DNA of 48,041 bases from Parcubacteria group bacterium (GCA_943356745.1 CALRFT010000006.1:1-48041), one strand, 5' to 3'. Positions 7,831-17,010 are shown, numbered from the stretch's first letter. Program-made: numbers and translations. Notes: generated from the letters alone by a model not told the origin.

Positions 7831-9348
7831 AGTTTAATGCTTTTTGTGTCATGTTTTGGCGCTCAAGCTCAAGATGAAACTTGTCCAGAAGGGACAGTTC
7901 AATACATTGTTGCTATTACTGTTGACTACTATGGATCAGAAACAGGATTTTACATTAATGAAAATCCCGACATGATTCAGTATGATGGAGTAAATGACCC
8001 AATCTCAAGCCTTGGTCCGATTGTTTATTCAATTCCCGCAGGTACTTATCCTGACTTAATTCAGGGGCAAACTTTTTTTGAAGAAGTTTGCCTTACTAAT
8101 GGATGCTATTCCTTCAGTATTTATGATACTTGGGGAGATGGTATAGGATTTACAAATGGCTCATATCAGCTTTTGGTGGGGGATTCTGTAGTATTGTTTG
8201 GCGGTGGAAATTTTGGCGCCTGGGATTCACAAGTTTTTTGTGTTGATTCAGCGATCGAAATTTTATCTGTTCTTGGTTGTACTGATACTAGTGCTTGTAA
8301 CTATTATCCAGGCGCAACAGAAGATGATGGAAGCTGTTTGTTTCATGGCTCGCCATGTGCACATGAGAATCCTCTCATTACGAATGCAGTTTTTAATGAA
8401 AATTGTTTTTGTGAAGGAAGTATTATTTACGGATGTACAGATTCACTTGCTATGAACTACAATCCAGAAGCAGCTGTTTCCGATGGTCAATGTTATTACA
8501 CACCAGGTTGCACTGAAATCTTGGCTTGTAACTACAATCCACTGGCTGATTGGAACGACGGTAGCTGTGATTTTGTGTCTTGTATGGTCATTGGATGTAT
8601 GGATGAATTGGCAAATAATTATGATTCACTTGCTACTCTTCCAAACCCCAATGCTTGTCTGTATCAAACAGTATCTTTTTCAGTTGTTCAAAACTGCAAA
8701 GAGGTTATGTTGATCAACACAACTCCAGACGCTCCCGTGGCTGGTCCCGGCGTATTCTTTATTTGGGAGTTTGGGGATGGTGAAAGTCTTACTACATTGT
8801 ATGATACTTTGTATTATGGATATGAAAATGGTAGCTATACTATTACACTTATCTATGCGCAAGGTATGTCGCTTCAGTCGGTGTCTTACGACATTACGGT
8901 CTCTGATTTTTTAGAAACCCCGGAGCTTCAACTTGTGGGTCAGACACTTGTCTGTTCTGCAGATGCAGTGGAGTATCGATGGTTTTTAGATCAGGTGGAG
9001 ATTGCTGTCACTTCTGATAATGCACTTGAGGTTAATGCTACTGGTGAGTACCGCTGTCAACTTGTTGGACATGGTGGATGTCTTGCGTCTTCTCTTCCAT
9101 ATATAGTGAACACTGTCTCGTTGGAAGAAATGAAAGACGTACAACCTTTCATTGCCCCTACTTTAGTCAACACAGATTTTACTGTGAGAAATATAGAGGG
9201 TCTCTTGTCTATTTATGATATTTCAGGACAAGGTGTCTGGGAAGGGAATGTATATAATGGAGTGCGGGTAGACTGTTCTTTCCTTGCGTCTGGAACGTAT
9301 GTGGTAAGATTGCCAAATTGGACCACTTTACGTTTTGTAAAAAATTAA
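7813..9348 (+). CDS. Secreted Cys-repeat/PKD/Ig-like protein with a T9SS type-A sorting-domain-like C-terminus
   Basis: Signal peptide MKKFFVS...AQA|Q; GCYSFSIYDTWGDGI domain; four GC(T/M)(D/E)xxAxNY repeats; PKD-like WEFGDG...GSYTITL; C-terminal SIYDISGQ...LASGTYVVRL...LRFVKN. Confidence 0.7.
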   Translation: MKKFFVSLMLFVSCFGAQAQDETCPEGTVQYIVAITVDYYGSETGFYINENPDMIQYDGVNDPISSLGPIVYSIPAGTYPDLIQGQTFFEEVCLTNGCYSFSIYDTWGDGIGFTNGSYQLLVGDSVVLFGGGNFGAWDSQVFCVDSAIEILSVLGCTDTSACNYYPGATEDDGSCLFHGSPCAHENPLITNAVFNENCFCEGSIIYGCTDSLAMNYNPEAAVSDGQCYYTPGCTEILACNYNPLADWNDGSCDFVSCMVIGCMDELANNYDSLATLPNPNACLYQTVSFSVVQNCKEVMLINTTPDAPVAGPGVFFIWEFGDGESLTTLYDTLYYGYENGSYTITLIYAQGMSLQSVSYDITVSDFLETPELQLVGQTLVCSADAVEYRWFLDQVEIAVTSDNALEVNATGEYRCQLVGHGGCLASSLPYIVNTVSLEEMKDVQPFIAPTLVNTDFTVRNIEGLLSIYDISGQGVWEGNVYNGVRVDCSFLASGTYVVRLPNWTTLRFVKN

Positions 9349-9353
9349 AATCT

Positions 9354-9390
9354 AAAAAGCTTCGCACGTGTGCGAAGCTTTTTCTTTTTT
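9354..9390 (+). terminator. Intrinsic terminator (14-bp perfect inverted repeat)
   Basis: AAAAAGCTTCGCAC-gt-GTGCGAAGCTTTTT followed by a T-rich tract. Confidence 0.8.
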
Positions 9391-9415
9391 CTTTTTTTAT
9401 ATACAATAGTTTTAT

Positions 9416-9919
9416 ATGAATACAATCAAAGATTATGGAAATTTTGGACCGATGAGTTCATCTAAAAAGAAAAAACATATTACTTTAAAACGAGGGGTAT
9501 TTTTTGGGTTGATAATTCTCCTACTCGCGGCTTTAGTTGGAGCTGGATTTTTGTGGTACAAGAAAAATCAATCACCAGAAGAATTGTCTCAAAAACAAAC
9601 AGAAAAACTTCTTGAAGAAATGTCTCGGTTTGTACTTCTCCCTGATGAGATTCCAGCTGTTTTTACTATTTCAGATATTGATACCCTTGTTCAACAGCAA
9701 CCTTTTTTTACAGGTGCCCAAAATGGGGATGTTCTTTTCGTTTTTCCTCAAGCTGTGAAGGCTGTAGTTTATAGTCCAGACCGAAAGCGGATTATAAATA
9801 TGGGTCCTGTGACAGGAACTGGATCAGAAAATTCACAAATAAGTCAGCAGATAAGTGCCCCAGCCCAACGAACAGGAGAGATTATATCAAACGAAGACAT
9901 AGAGGCTCCAGTGGAATAA
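9416..9919 (+). CDS. Hypothetical single-pass membrane protein
   Basis: Lys-rich N-terminus and one TM helix; QPFFTGAQNGDVLFVF...VVYSPDRKRIINMGP resembles a conserved CPR hypothetical family (from memory). Confidence 0.7.
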   Translation: MNTIKDYGNFGPMSSSKKKKHITLKRGVFFGLIILLLAALVGAGFLWYKKNQSPEELSQKQTEKLLEEMSRFVLLPDEIPAVFTISDIDTLVQQQPFFTGAQNGDVLFVFPQAVKAVVYSPDRKRIINMGPVTGTGSENSQISQQISAPAQRTGEIISNEDIEAPVE

Positions 9920-9957
9920 TATAAAAAAAGACTGTTTTCAACAGTCTTTTTTTATAT
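9919..9957 (+). terminator. Terminator, 18-bp perfect inverted repeat
   Basis: ATATAAAAAAAGACTGTT-ttc-AACAGTCTTTTTTTATAT. Confidence 0.8.
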
Positions 9958-10026
9958 ACACGATATAATACAAGGGTGGCGTGTTCTATGGTTTTATTAG
10001 TTTTTAGTAACATTTATACATAATAC

Positions 10027-11577
10027 ATGAAGAAATTTATAATACTATGCTTACTCGGAATGGCGATTGCTACTCCTCAGAGTTCTCAAGCAGTAACTCT
10101 TTCTGAGGTTGTCACAAAAATAGAACAACTTCAAAGAGATGTTGAGGATCTTCGTATGAGATTTATGGGGCAAGCTAGTGGCGCAGCTCTCGTGGGTGGG
10201 TTAGCAACTCCACTTCGAAGAGGTTCGACAGGAGTTGAGGTAACAGAGCTACAAAACTTTTTATCTGAGCGAGGTTTCTATACCGGACTCGTTGACGGAG
10301 TATTTGGTATGTCTACACTCAATGCTTTGAATGCATACAAAGCTTCACTTGGATTTTCAAGCTTTGGATCTTCTTTTGGGGGATCTTGGCGAGTGATTGG
10401 TGATCCTGTCACAACATATGTAGTGAGTTCATCAGCATGTAAGGCAGACTTTGATGGAAATGGAAGAGTTCAGATAGCAGACTATATTCTACTTGAAGAA
10501 AAACTTGGTACAGTTCCAAGTCCTGATCAAATTATGTTCGATATTAAAGTTGATGGTATTATCGACAAATATGATATTCGAGAATGGATGACACATTACG
10601 GAAAAACAAATTTCTGTTTTAATGCTCAAGCGTCAACAGAAGCACAGTGGATTGCAAGTACTGCTGGTAATGTAGTAAATCCACCAGCGCCAAGTGCGGT
10701 ACCTGCAAATTCAAACTGGTCAGCAGAAACTTTGGGAATTGCAGAAGAAGACGCGTGGCTTTGGGATTATCAGGTGGTGCGAGTTACTAGACATGCACGA
10801 CGACAGGTTCCTGTGACAGTCGGGGGTGTTTCATCAGGAAATGGTTTTGTGAGTGTGATTGAGCCAGTACAAAACTCTCCAGTTACTCTACTTGCACACC
10901 AATTTGCTGGTATGTATGATCGAGTAGAAAACAACAATGGTACATTGTTTCTTGTTCAAGAGGCAACATATATATCACCAAATGGACGACAACATGATAC
11001 TGTACGAAAGTTTGAATTGAAAAAGCCAACTGCAAGTGAAAACCAAACAACAAGTATCGATATGATATATACGAAAAGTGATACTGGAATTGAAGGAACA
11101 ATCTATATCAACAAGCGACCAATTTCTTCATATAATGGAGTGTTTCCAAGATTCTTTAACTTCTTTACTACAGACGCAAAATGGATGATGACGATGAGAG
11201 TTTTGAATGATGGTCCTATTGAAAATACAAGTGTGCTTGGGGTAAATGATAATGCCCCAGAAGCAGCATTTACTTTTGAAACAATCGCGGATCCAAGATT
11301 GGCATCAATCAATATTATGCAAGGATCTTCTACTTTTAATCCAACAACACCACAAGGATATTACAATCCAGATACTAATACTATCACTTTGAAGCCAAAC
11401 CAAGGACAGGTAGTATGGTTTAAACTTTTCCAAAAACCACCTTCAGTATTTCCAATAGGATTTTCTGGTATGAGTGAGACAAAAACATTTGGAACAGATT
11501 TTGCTATTAATCTCCAAAGAAATACAGCTGTGATTCAAAATGGTGATTTTGTGTCATTGCAAGAACAGGGACTTTAG
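10027..11577 (+). CDS. Secreted protein with a peptidoglycan-binding domain (PG_binding_1-like) and a dockerin-like EF-hand pair
   Basis: Signal peptide, short coiled coil, LRRGSTGVEVTELQNFL...VDGVFGMSTLNAL and CKADFDGNGRVQIADY...DIKVDGIIDKYDI; the C-terminal half was not recognised. Confidence 0.7.
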   Translation: MKKFIILCLLGMAIATPQSSQAVTLSEVVTKIEQLQRDVEDLRMRFMGQASGAALVGGLATPLRRGSTGVEVTELQNFLSERGFYTGLVDGVFGMSTLNALNAYKASLGFSSFGSSFGGSWRVIGDPVTTYVVSSSACKADFDGNGRVQIADYILLEEKLGTVPSPDQIMFDIKVDGIIDKYDIREWMTHYGKTNFCFNAQASTEAQWIASTAGNVVNPPAPSAVPANSNWSAETLGIAEEDAWLWDYQVVRVTRHARRQVPVTVGGVSSGNGFVSVIEPVQNSPVTLLAHQFAGMYDRVENNNGTLFLVQEATYISPNGRQHDTVRKFELKKPTASENQTTSIDMIYTKSDTGIEGTIYINKRPISSYNGVFPRFFNFFTTDAKWMMTMRVLNDGPIENTSVLGVNDNAPEAAFTFETIADPRLASINIMQGSSTFNPTTPQGYYNPDTNTITLKPNQGQVVWFKLFQKPPSVFPIGFSGMSETKTFGTDFAINLQRNTAVIQNGDFVSLQEQGL

Positions 11578-11624
11578 CCCAATAAAAATAACCTCTCTCG
11601 AGGTTATTTTTATTGGGCTAAAGT
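11571..11624. terminator. Bidirectional terminator: 25-bp perfect inverted repeat covering both convergent stop codons
   Basis: actttagcccaataaaaataacctc-tctc-gaggttatttttattgggctaaagt. Confidence 0.85.
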
Positions 11625-12260
11625 AAAACCATACACAGACCTTGCTCCATTTTGAATTAAAATATTTTTTAATTCAAAAATAGTTGCTCCTGTTGTTGTT
11701 ACATCGTCTATAATAATTATGTTTTTGTTTTTAAAAAAATCTTTATTTGTGATACTAAAACATTTTGAAATATTTGCTATTCTTTCATTTTTATTTTGTA
11801 TCTTCGCTTGAGGTATTGTATATCTATTTCTTATGATATGTTTTGTATCTATATTAAACAATGAAGGATTTCGTGAATATATCCCGAATGCAATTAGTTC
11901 AGATTGATTAAACCCTCTTTCCTTGAGTCGTTTTGTATGAAGAGGAACAGGTATGAGTACTGGTTTTTCTAAATTATTAAACAATTGTAAATCTTGCATT
12001 TCATCAAGTAAAACATCAAAAGCTTTTCGAGATAGGGTATATGCAATATCTTTTTTATTATAAAATTTTAAATTCCAAATAGCTTTTTTAACAATTGGAT
12101 TTTTATAAGAAAATGCAAAAAATATATCACTTCTTTTATTTTTTATTTCAAAAGGTATTTTTTCAAGGCAGGTGTTGCAAAGGTGTGTTTCATATTTTTG
12201 AAGACAATTAACACAATGTATTGGAAATAGTATATTAAGAAATTTCTTTAACAAATCCAT
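11610..12260 (-). CDS. comF: ComF family competence protein (amidophosphoribosyltransferase-like)
   Basis: LFPIHCVNC...LCNTC, IPVPLH..RLKERGFNQS and IIIIDDVTTTGAT (PRTase motif). The start was placed at MDLLKK (12260) to avoid overlap with pilM. Confidence 0.9.
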   Translation of the reverse strand: MDLLKKFLNILFPIHCVNCLQKYETHLCNTCLEKIPFEIKNKRSDIFFAFSYKNPIVKKAIWNLKFYNKKDIAYTLSRKAFDVLLDEMQDLQLFNNLEKPVLIPVPLHTKRLKERGFNQSELIAFGIYSRNPSLFNIDTKHIIRNRYTIPQAKIQNKNERIANISKCFSITNKDFFKNKNIIIIDDVTTTGATIFELKNILIQNGARSVYGFTLAQ

Positions 12261-12278
12261 GGTATAATTGTAATACAT
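12260..12278. promoter_or_regulatory. Overlapping divergent -10 elements for comF and pilM
   Basis: + strand TGgTATAAT (12260-12268), 10 nt before the pilM ATG; - strand TACAAT (12272-12267), 6 nt before the comF ATG. Confidence 0.6.
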
Positions 12279-13418
12279 ATGGCTAATATTCTTCAAGATA
12301 TAACAAAAAATTTTTCTGCATTATTTAAAAATAAATCACAGGGTAGTGTGATTGGTGTTGATATTGGTTCTTCTTCAATAAAAGTTGTACAACTAAAAAC
12401 AGAAGGTGGTATTGCTGTTCTTGAAACATATGGAGCTGTATCTTTTGGATCGTATATTTCAAATTCATATATAGGACAAGCTGTTAATCCATCTCACGAC
12501 CAAACTATTCAAGCGATAAATGATCTAATAAAAGAGGCAAATATAACGACCCTTTCTGCGGCGGTGTCTATACCCTCTGCGTCGAGCCTTGTTTTTCTTA
12601 TTGAACTTCCTGCGACTGTGCCACAAAAAGAATTTGCAAATGTAATTCCTCTTGAGGCGAGAAGATATATTCCAGTACCAATGACAGAAGTTTCAATTGA
12701 TTGGTGGGTTGTTCCTCATGATGAAGTTTTTGAAGGGAATGACGATTCTGGAGAGATTGAAAATATTAAAAAAGTAAGACCTTTTCGGGTGCTTGTTGCA
12801 GCAATACACAATGAAGCCCTCGGTCGTTTTCAAGAAGTTGTAAAAGACGCAAAGCTTTCTTCAGATTTTTTTGAAATTGAAATGTTTTCTAATGTGAGAT
12901 CTTGTATTGGTAAAGATCTTTCCAATGTTGTATTAGTAGATTTCGGAGCGGCAAAGACAAAAGTTACTGTTGTGTACAGGGGAGTACTTCAAGATTTTCA
13001 TATTGTAAATCGAGGCTCTCAAGATCTCACAAGGATACTCTCAACCGGATTAAATATCCCTGTTGTAAAAGCAGAAGAGGTTAAGAAAAAATATGGAATA
13101 CTTCCAAATGATGAATACAAAGAATCTGAAAATATTATTTCAAGTTCTTTAGAGTATTCTATGGCAGAAATAAATAATATTATTTTATCATATGAAAAAA
13201 AATATAATCAGAGTATTGATAAAATAATTATTACAGGTGGAGGATCTGCACTTCCGGGGCTTGTTGAATATATGTCAAAAAAACTTCCAGCACCTGTTTC
13301 AAAATCACATCCGTTTTCTCATGTGAAATCACCAGCTTTTTTAGACCCAATTTTAGCAGAAGTAGGTCCCGAATTTGGTGTCGCTCTTGGTCTTGCGATG
13401 AGAAAGTTAACTTCGTAA
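12279..13418 (+). CDS. pilM: Type IV pilus assembly protein PilM
   Basis: Actin-like fold motifs IGVDIGSSSIKVV, LVDFGAAKT, IIITGGGSALPG and VALGLAMR; first gene of the T4P operon. Confidence 0.92.
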   Translation: MANILQDITKNFSALFKNKSQGSVIGVDIGSSSIKVVQLKTEGGIAVLETYGAVSFGSYISNSYIGQAVNPSHDQTIQAINDLIKEANITTLSAAVSIPSASSLVFLIELPATVPQKEFANVIPLEARRYIPVPMTEVSIDWWVVPHDEVFEGNDDSGEIENIKKVRPFRVLVAAIHNEALGRFQEVVKDAKLSSDFFEIEMFSNVRSCIGKDLSNVVLVDFGAAKTKVTVVYRGVLQDFHIVNRGSQDLTRILSTGLNIPVVKAEEVKKKYGILPNDEYKESENIISSSLEYSMAEINNIILSYEKKYNQSIDKIIITGGGSALPGLVEYMSKKLPAPVSKSHPFSHVKSPAFLDPILAEVGPEFGVALGLAMRKLTS

Positions 13419-13480
13419 TCACACAAAAGAAATCCACTGCATTGTTTCTTGTTTTCAAGATATAATAAAAATATAAATTT

Positions 13481-14086
13481 ATGGATCAAGAATTTCAAAC
13501 ATCGTTTATTCCTAAAAAGACTCTTACACAAAAACCAGAAAGAACTTCTGGAGGGTCTTTTGGTTTAGTAAATGTTGTTGCTTTTATTATCATGATAATT
13601 TCTCTTCTGGTTGCGGGCGGTGCTTACTTATATAGAGATAATTTGTCAAAAAAAGTTGATGAAATGAAAGTTTCTCTTGAGCGTGCTCAGAATATATTTG
13701 AACCAGAATTACTAGCTGAACTTGAAACTCTAGACAGAAGAATTCAGGCCGCTGATGAGATTCTATCAAAACATATTGCTGTATCCCCAATTTTTGAAGT
13801 TTTGCAAGAAATAACCTTACCAACAGTTCGATATATTGATTTTACATACGAAATTGATGCTATTAATCCAGAAGTCGTGCATGTTTCAATGACAGGAGAA
13901 GCTGTGTCTTATGATGCAATTACATTACAAGCAGATCTTTTTAGTAATAATAGATTTATTCGAAATCCAATATTTTCAAATTTCTCTTTAAATCGAACAG
14001 GTAGTGTTGAGTTCGATCTTATGTTTGATGTTTCGAAATCACTTGTAAATTTTGAGCAGAAAGTTGAAAGAACAAGTTTGGATTAA
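13481..14086 (+). CDS. pilN: PilN-like pilus assembly protein
   Basis: N-terminal FIP motif, TM helix, coiled coil and ferredoxin-like C-terminal domain; lies between pilM and pilO. Confidence 0.7.
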   Translation: MDQEFQTSFIPKKTLTQKPERTSGGSFGLVNVVAFIIMIISLLVAGGAYLYRDNLSKKVDEMKVSLERAQNIFEPELLAELETLDRRIQAADEILSKHIAVSPIFEVLQEITLPTVRYIDFTYEIDAINPEVVHVSMTGEAVSYDAITLQADLFSNNRFIRNPIFSNFSLNRTGSVEFDLMFDVSKSLVNFEQKVERTSLD

Positions 14087-14092
14087 AATATT

Positions 14093-14725
14093 ATGCGTTT
14101 CTTATTGCCAATCATTTTTATAATAGTTGCTATCACCGTTTTTATGGGGGTTATTTCTCCTATTTATGCAAATATTCAGGATCTTACATTGCAGGCTGAA
14201 AGTTATAATGAAGCTTTGTCTAATTCAAAGCGTCTTCAGGTTCGTCGGGATGAGCTGACTCAAACATATAACCAATTTTCTCAAGATAGTGTTAAAGCGC
14301 TTGAAGTGATGATACCTAATTCTGTGGATAATATTGGTCTTATACAAGAAATTCAAAGAATGGCTCTCCGTTTGGGTATTGTTATTAAGAATGTAAATTT
14401 TGACCCAAATCAAGTCCAGCTTGAAGATGGTGAGTTTGAAGAAGGAGCTGAAAATACAGCAGTGGTTCAACAACAAAATCAAAATCTCCCAAGAAGAGGG
14501 GCTGTTGAAGAGAATGGTCTATATGATACTTTTCTCCTCGAGTTTACAATAGAAGGTTCTTATCAGGATTTCGTTGCCTTTTTGCAAGAGCTTGAAATGA
14601 ATCTTCGAATCGTGGATATTAGTAATATAAATTTTACAGCAACATCTTTGGATTCTCAGGGTTCAGTTAGTGATGTTTATGACTATACTTTTACAACGAA
14701 AACATATCGTTTAATCACAGAATAA
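14093..14725 (+). CDS. pilO: PilO-like pilus assembly protein
   Basis: N-terminal TM, coiled coil and EGSYQDFVAFLQELEMNLRIVDI. Confidence 0.85.
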   Translation: MRFLLPIIFIIVAITVFMGVISPIYANIQDLTLQAESYNEALSNSKRLQVRRDELTQTYNQFSQDSVKALEVMIPNSVDNIGLIQEIQRMALRLGIVIKNVNFDPNQVQLEDGEFEEGAENTAVVQQQNQNLPRRGAVEENGLYDTFLLEFTIEGSYQDFVAFLQELEMNLRIVDISNINFTATSLDSQGSVSDVYDYTFTTKTYRLITE

Positions 14726-14729
14726 ATTT

Positions 14730-15245
14730 ATGAGTAAAACACTTAAGAAAATAATAATAATTCTAGTAATTTTTGCACTTGTTGGTGTAGGAGCTTCTTT
14801 GTTCTTGGGTGGTGAGGGTCAAACAACAAATCAACTTCAATCTTTAGGAAGTGGAACAACAGCTGCTCCTCTTACTCAAAACGCAACTACAAATACTTCA
14901 GTTGCTGATACTGAAGAAATAAATAGAGAATTCATCTCTATGCTTTTAAATCTCCAAACAATTAATCTTAATGATGACATCTTTTCAGAGCCAGCATTTC
15001 AAGCTCTTGTAGATAATACTGTCAGACTCAATCAGCCTGGAAACCAAGGAAGACCAAATCCTTTCGCTCCAATCGGTACAGATGATTTTCTATCTGGTAG
15101 AAATATGGAAGCCAGTGCTTCAGCCGCTCTCGATTCCGCGTCGGTGAGTGAATCAGTTGCTAATGATGTAGAGACTGCTTCAGATATATCAAATTCTGAA
15201 AATGTAACTGACTCAAATCCATTATTGCCATTAGGATCTATTTAG
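14730..15245 (+). CDS. Hypothetical membrane-anchored pilus-locus protein in the PilP position
   Basis: N-terminal TM and a GRPNPFAP motif reminiscent of PilP RDPF; operon position. Confidence 0.6.
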   Translation: MSKTLKKIIIILVIFALVGVGASLFLGGEGQTTNQLQSLGSGTTAAPLTQNATTNTSVADTEEINREFISMLLNLQTINLNDDIFSEPAFQALVDNTVRLNQPGNQGRPNPFAPIGTDDFLSGRNMEASASAALDSASVSESVANDVETASDISNSENVTDSNPLLPLGSI

Positions 15246-15249
15246 TATT

Positions 15250-17004
15250 ATGAGTCTTATACAAGAACTTGTAACAAGAGGAGTTGTCTCGCAAGGACAA
15301 GTTGCTGATGTTGTTAGACTTGCAGATGAAAAATATAACGGAGATATTGATGAGGCTCTTGTAGCTGTTGGTGTCAATGAAGATCAATTACTTGCTTTTA
15401 AAAGCGAGTATTTTTCTCTTCCATCAGCAACTCTTGGAAAAGAGGGTGTTGATGGAGAGGTTTTGAAACTTTTCCCAAGAGAGACAATGAGTCAATATAA
15501 AATGATTCCACTTTCCATTGAAAATGGAATTATGAATGTTGGTATCCTTAATCCTGAGAATACAGAAACTACAGACGCGCTTCAATTTATTTCTTCAAAA
15601 AATGGTCTCGGTTTTAAAATATTTATTATTCGAAAAAAAGATTACGATAAAGTAACTCAGCAATATCAGGGTTTTTCAAGTGAGGTTACAAAGGCTCTTG
15701 ATGATCTTGATTCTGAAGGACCAAATGCTCCAGGTTCTGAATTTAAAGATAGTACTTCTGATATCGTTGATATTAATGCTCCAAATCAGGTTTTATCCGG
15801 AAAAAAAGAAGATGCAAAAATTGTGGAAGATGCACCGGTTATCAAAATTGTAGCTGTAATGCTTCGTCATGCAACAGAGGGAAACGCCTCAGATATTCAT
15901 ATTGAAAATACAGGGGCTGAAGTGAAGGTGCGTTTTCGTGTTGATGGTATTTTACACACCTCTCTTAAATTACCTCTCAATGTATATTCAGGAGTTGTTG
16001 CTCGTGTAAAAATTCTTTCAAAACTTCGCCTTGATGAAAAAAGAAGACCACAAGATGGAGGTTTTTCTGTAAAAATAAATAACAGAAAAGTTGATTTCCG
16101 AGTTTCTACATTCCCTGCTTATTATGGAGAAAAAGTAGTACTTCGTATTTTGGACCAAGAAAAAGGTGTTCGATCTCTTGAAGATCTAAACTTTAGTAGC
16201 GAACATTTTTCAATGATTAAAAAAGCACTAGATCTCCCGTATGGATTGGTTATTATTTCTGGTCCAACGGGTTCTGGAAAATCAACAACATTATACGCAA
16301 TGCTCAATGCTCTTGATCGTGAAGGGAGAAATGTAGTCTCTCTTGAAGAGCCGGTTGAATATCAGATTGAAGGAGTTACCCAATCTCAAGTTCGACCAGA
16401 AATAGGATACACCTTTGCTGCAGGGCTTCGGTCAATACTTCGACAAGATCCAGATGTTATCATGGTGGGAGAAATTCGAGATGCAGAAACAGCGCAGCTT
16501 GCAATTCAAGCTGCTTTGACTGGACACTTGGTAATTTCAACTCTCCACACAAATAACTCAATTGGTATTGTTCCTCGTTTGGTTGATATGGGAATCGATC
16601 CATATCTTATTGCACCAACTCTTCGGCTGGCAATAGCTCAGCGTCTTGCTCAGAGAAGTTGTGAAGATGCGACACGTGAAGTTGCAATGGACGAATCAAT
16701 TCGAACTATGATCATGAATCAGTTTAAAGATCTTCCAGATCAATTTAAATCTTCTCTTGGAATTACATCAAAGGTTGTTCAAACAACATCTTCTCCGACA
16801 TGCCCATCGGGAACAAGGGGGCGTATCGCGATATTTGAAATGTTTGAGATAACAAAAGAAATAGAACGAATGATTTTGGAGACTCCAACAGAACAAGATC
16901 TTTATAAGGCACTTCGAGCAAAAGGTATGATTACCATGAAAGAAGATGCACTTCTTAAATCTCTTAAGGGTGAAATACCACTGAAAGAAGTTTATAAATT
17001 CTAA
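15250..17004 (+). CDS. pilB: Type IV pilus extension ATPase PilB (GspE/PulE family)
   Basis: ASDIHIE, RFRVDG, EKRRPQDG, Walker A GPTGSGKST, LRQDPDVIMVGEIRD and TGHLVISTLH. Confidence 0.95.
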   Translation: MSLIQELVTRGVVSQGQVADVVRLADEKYNGDIDEALVAVGVNEDQLLAFKSEYFSLPSATLGKEGVDGEVLKLFPRETMSQYKMIPLSIENGIMNVGILNPENTETTDALQFISSKNGLGFKIFIIRKKDYDKVTQQYQGFSSEVTKALDDLDSEGPNAPGSEFKDSTSDIVDINAPNQVLSGKKEDAKIVEDAPVIKIVAVMLRHATEGNASDIHIENTGAEVKVRFRVDGILHTSLKLPLNVYSGVVARVKILSKLRLDEKRRPQDGGFSVKINNRKVDFRVSTFPAYYGEKVVLRILDQEKGVRSLEDLNFSSEHFSMIKKALDLPYGLVIISGPTGSGKSTTLYAMLNALDREGRNVVSLEEPVEYQIEGVTQSQVRPEIGYTFAAGLRSILRQDPDVIMVGEIRDAETAQLAIQAALTGHLVISTLHTNNSIGIVPRLVDMGIDPYLIAPTLRLAIAQRLAQRSCEDATREVAMDESIRTMIMNQFKDLPDQFKSSLGITSKVVQTTSSPTCPSGTRGRIAIFEMFEITKEIERMILETPTEQDLYKALRAKGMITMKEDALLKSLKGEIPLKEVYKF

Positions 17005-17010
17005 AATACT

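Noticed and set aside
1-11577. Diversity-generating retroelement acting on the surface genes
   Set aside because: No reverse transcriptase and no TR/VR pair with adenine-specific mismatches was seen.
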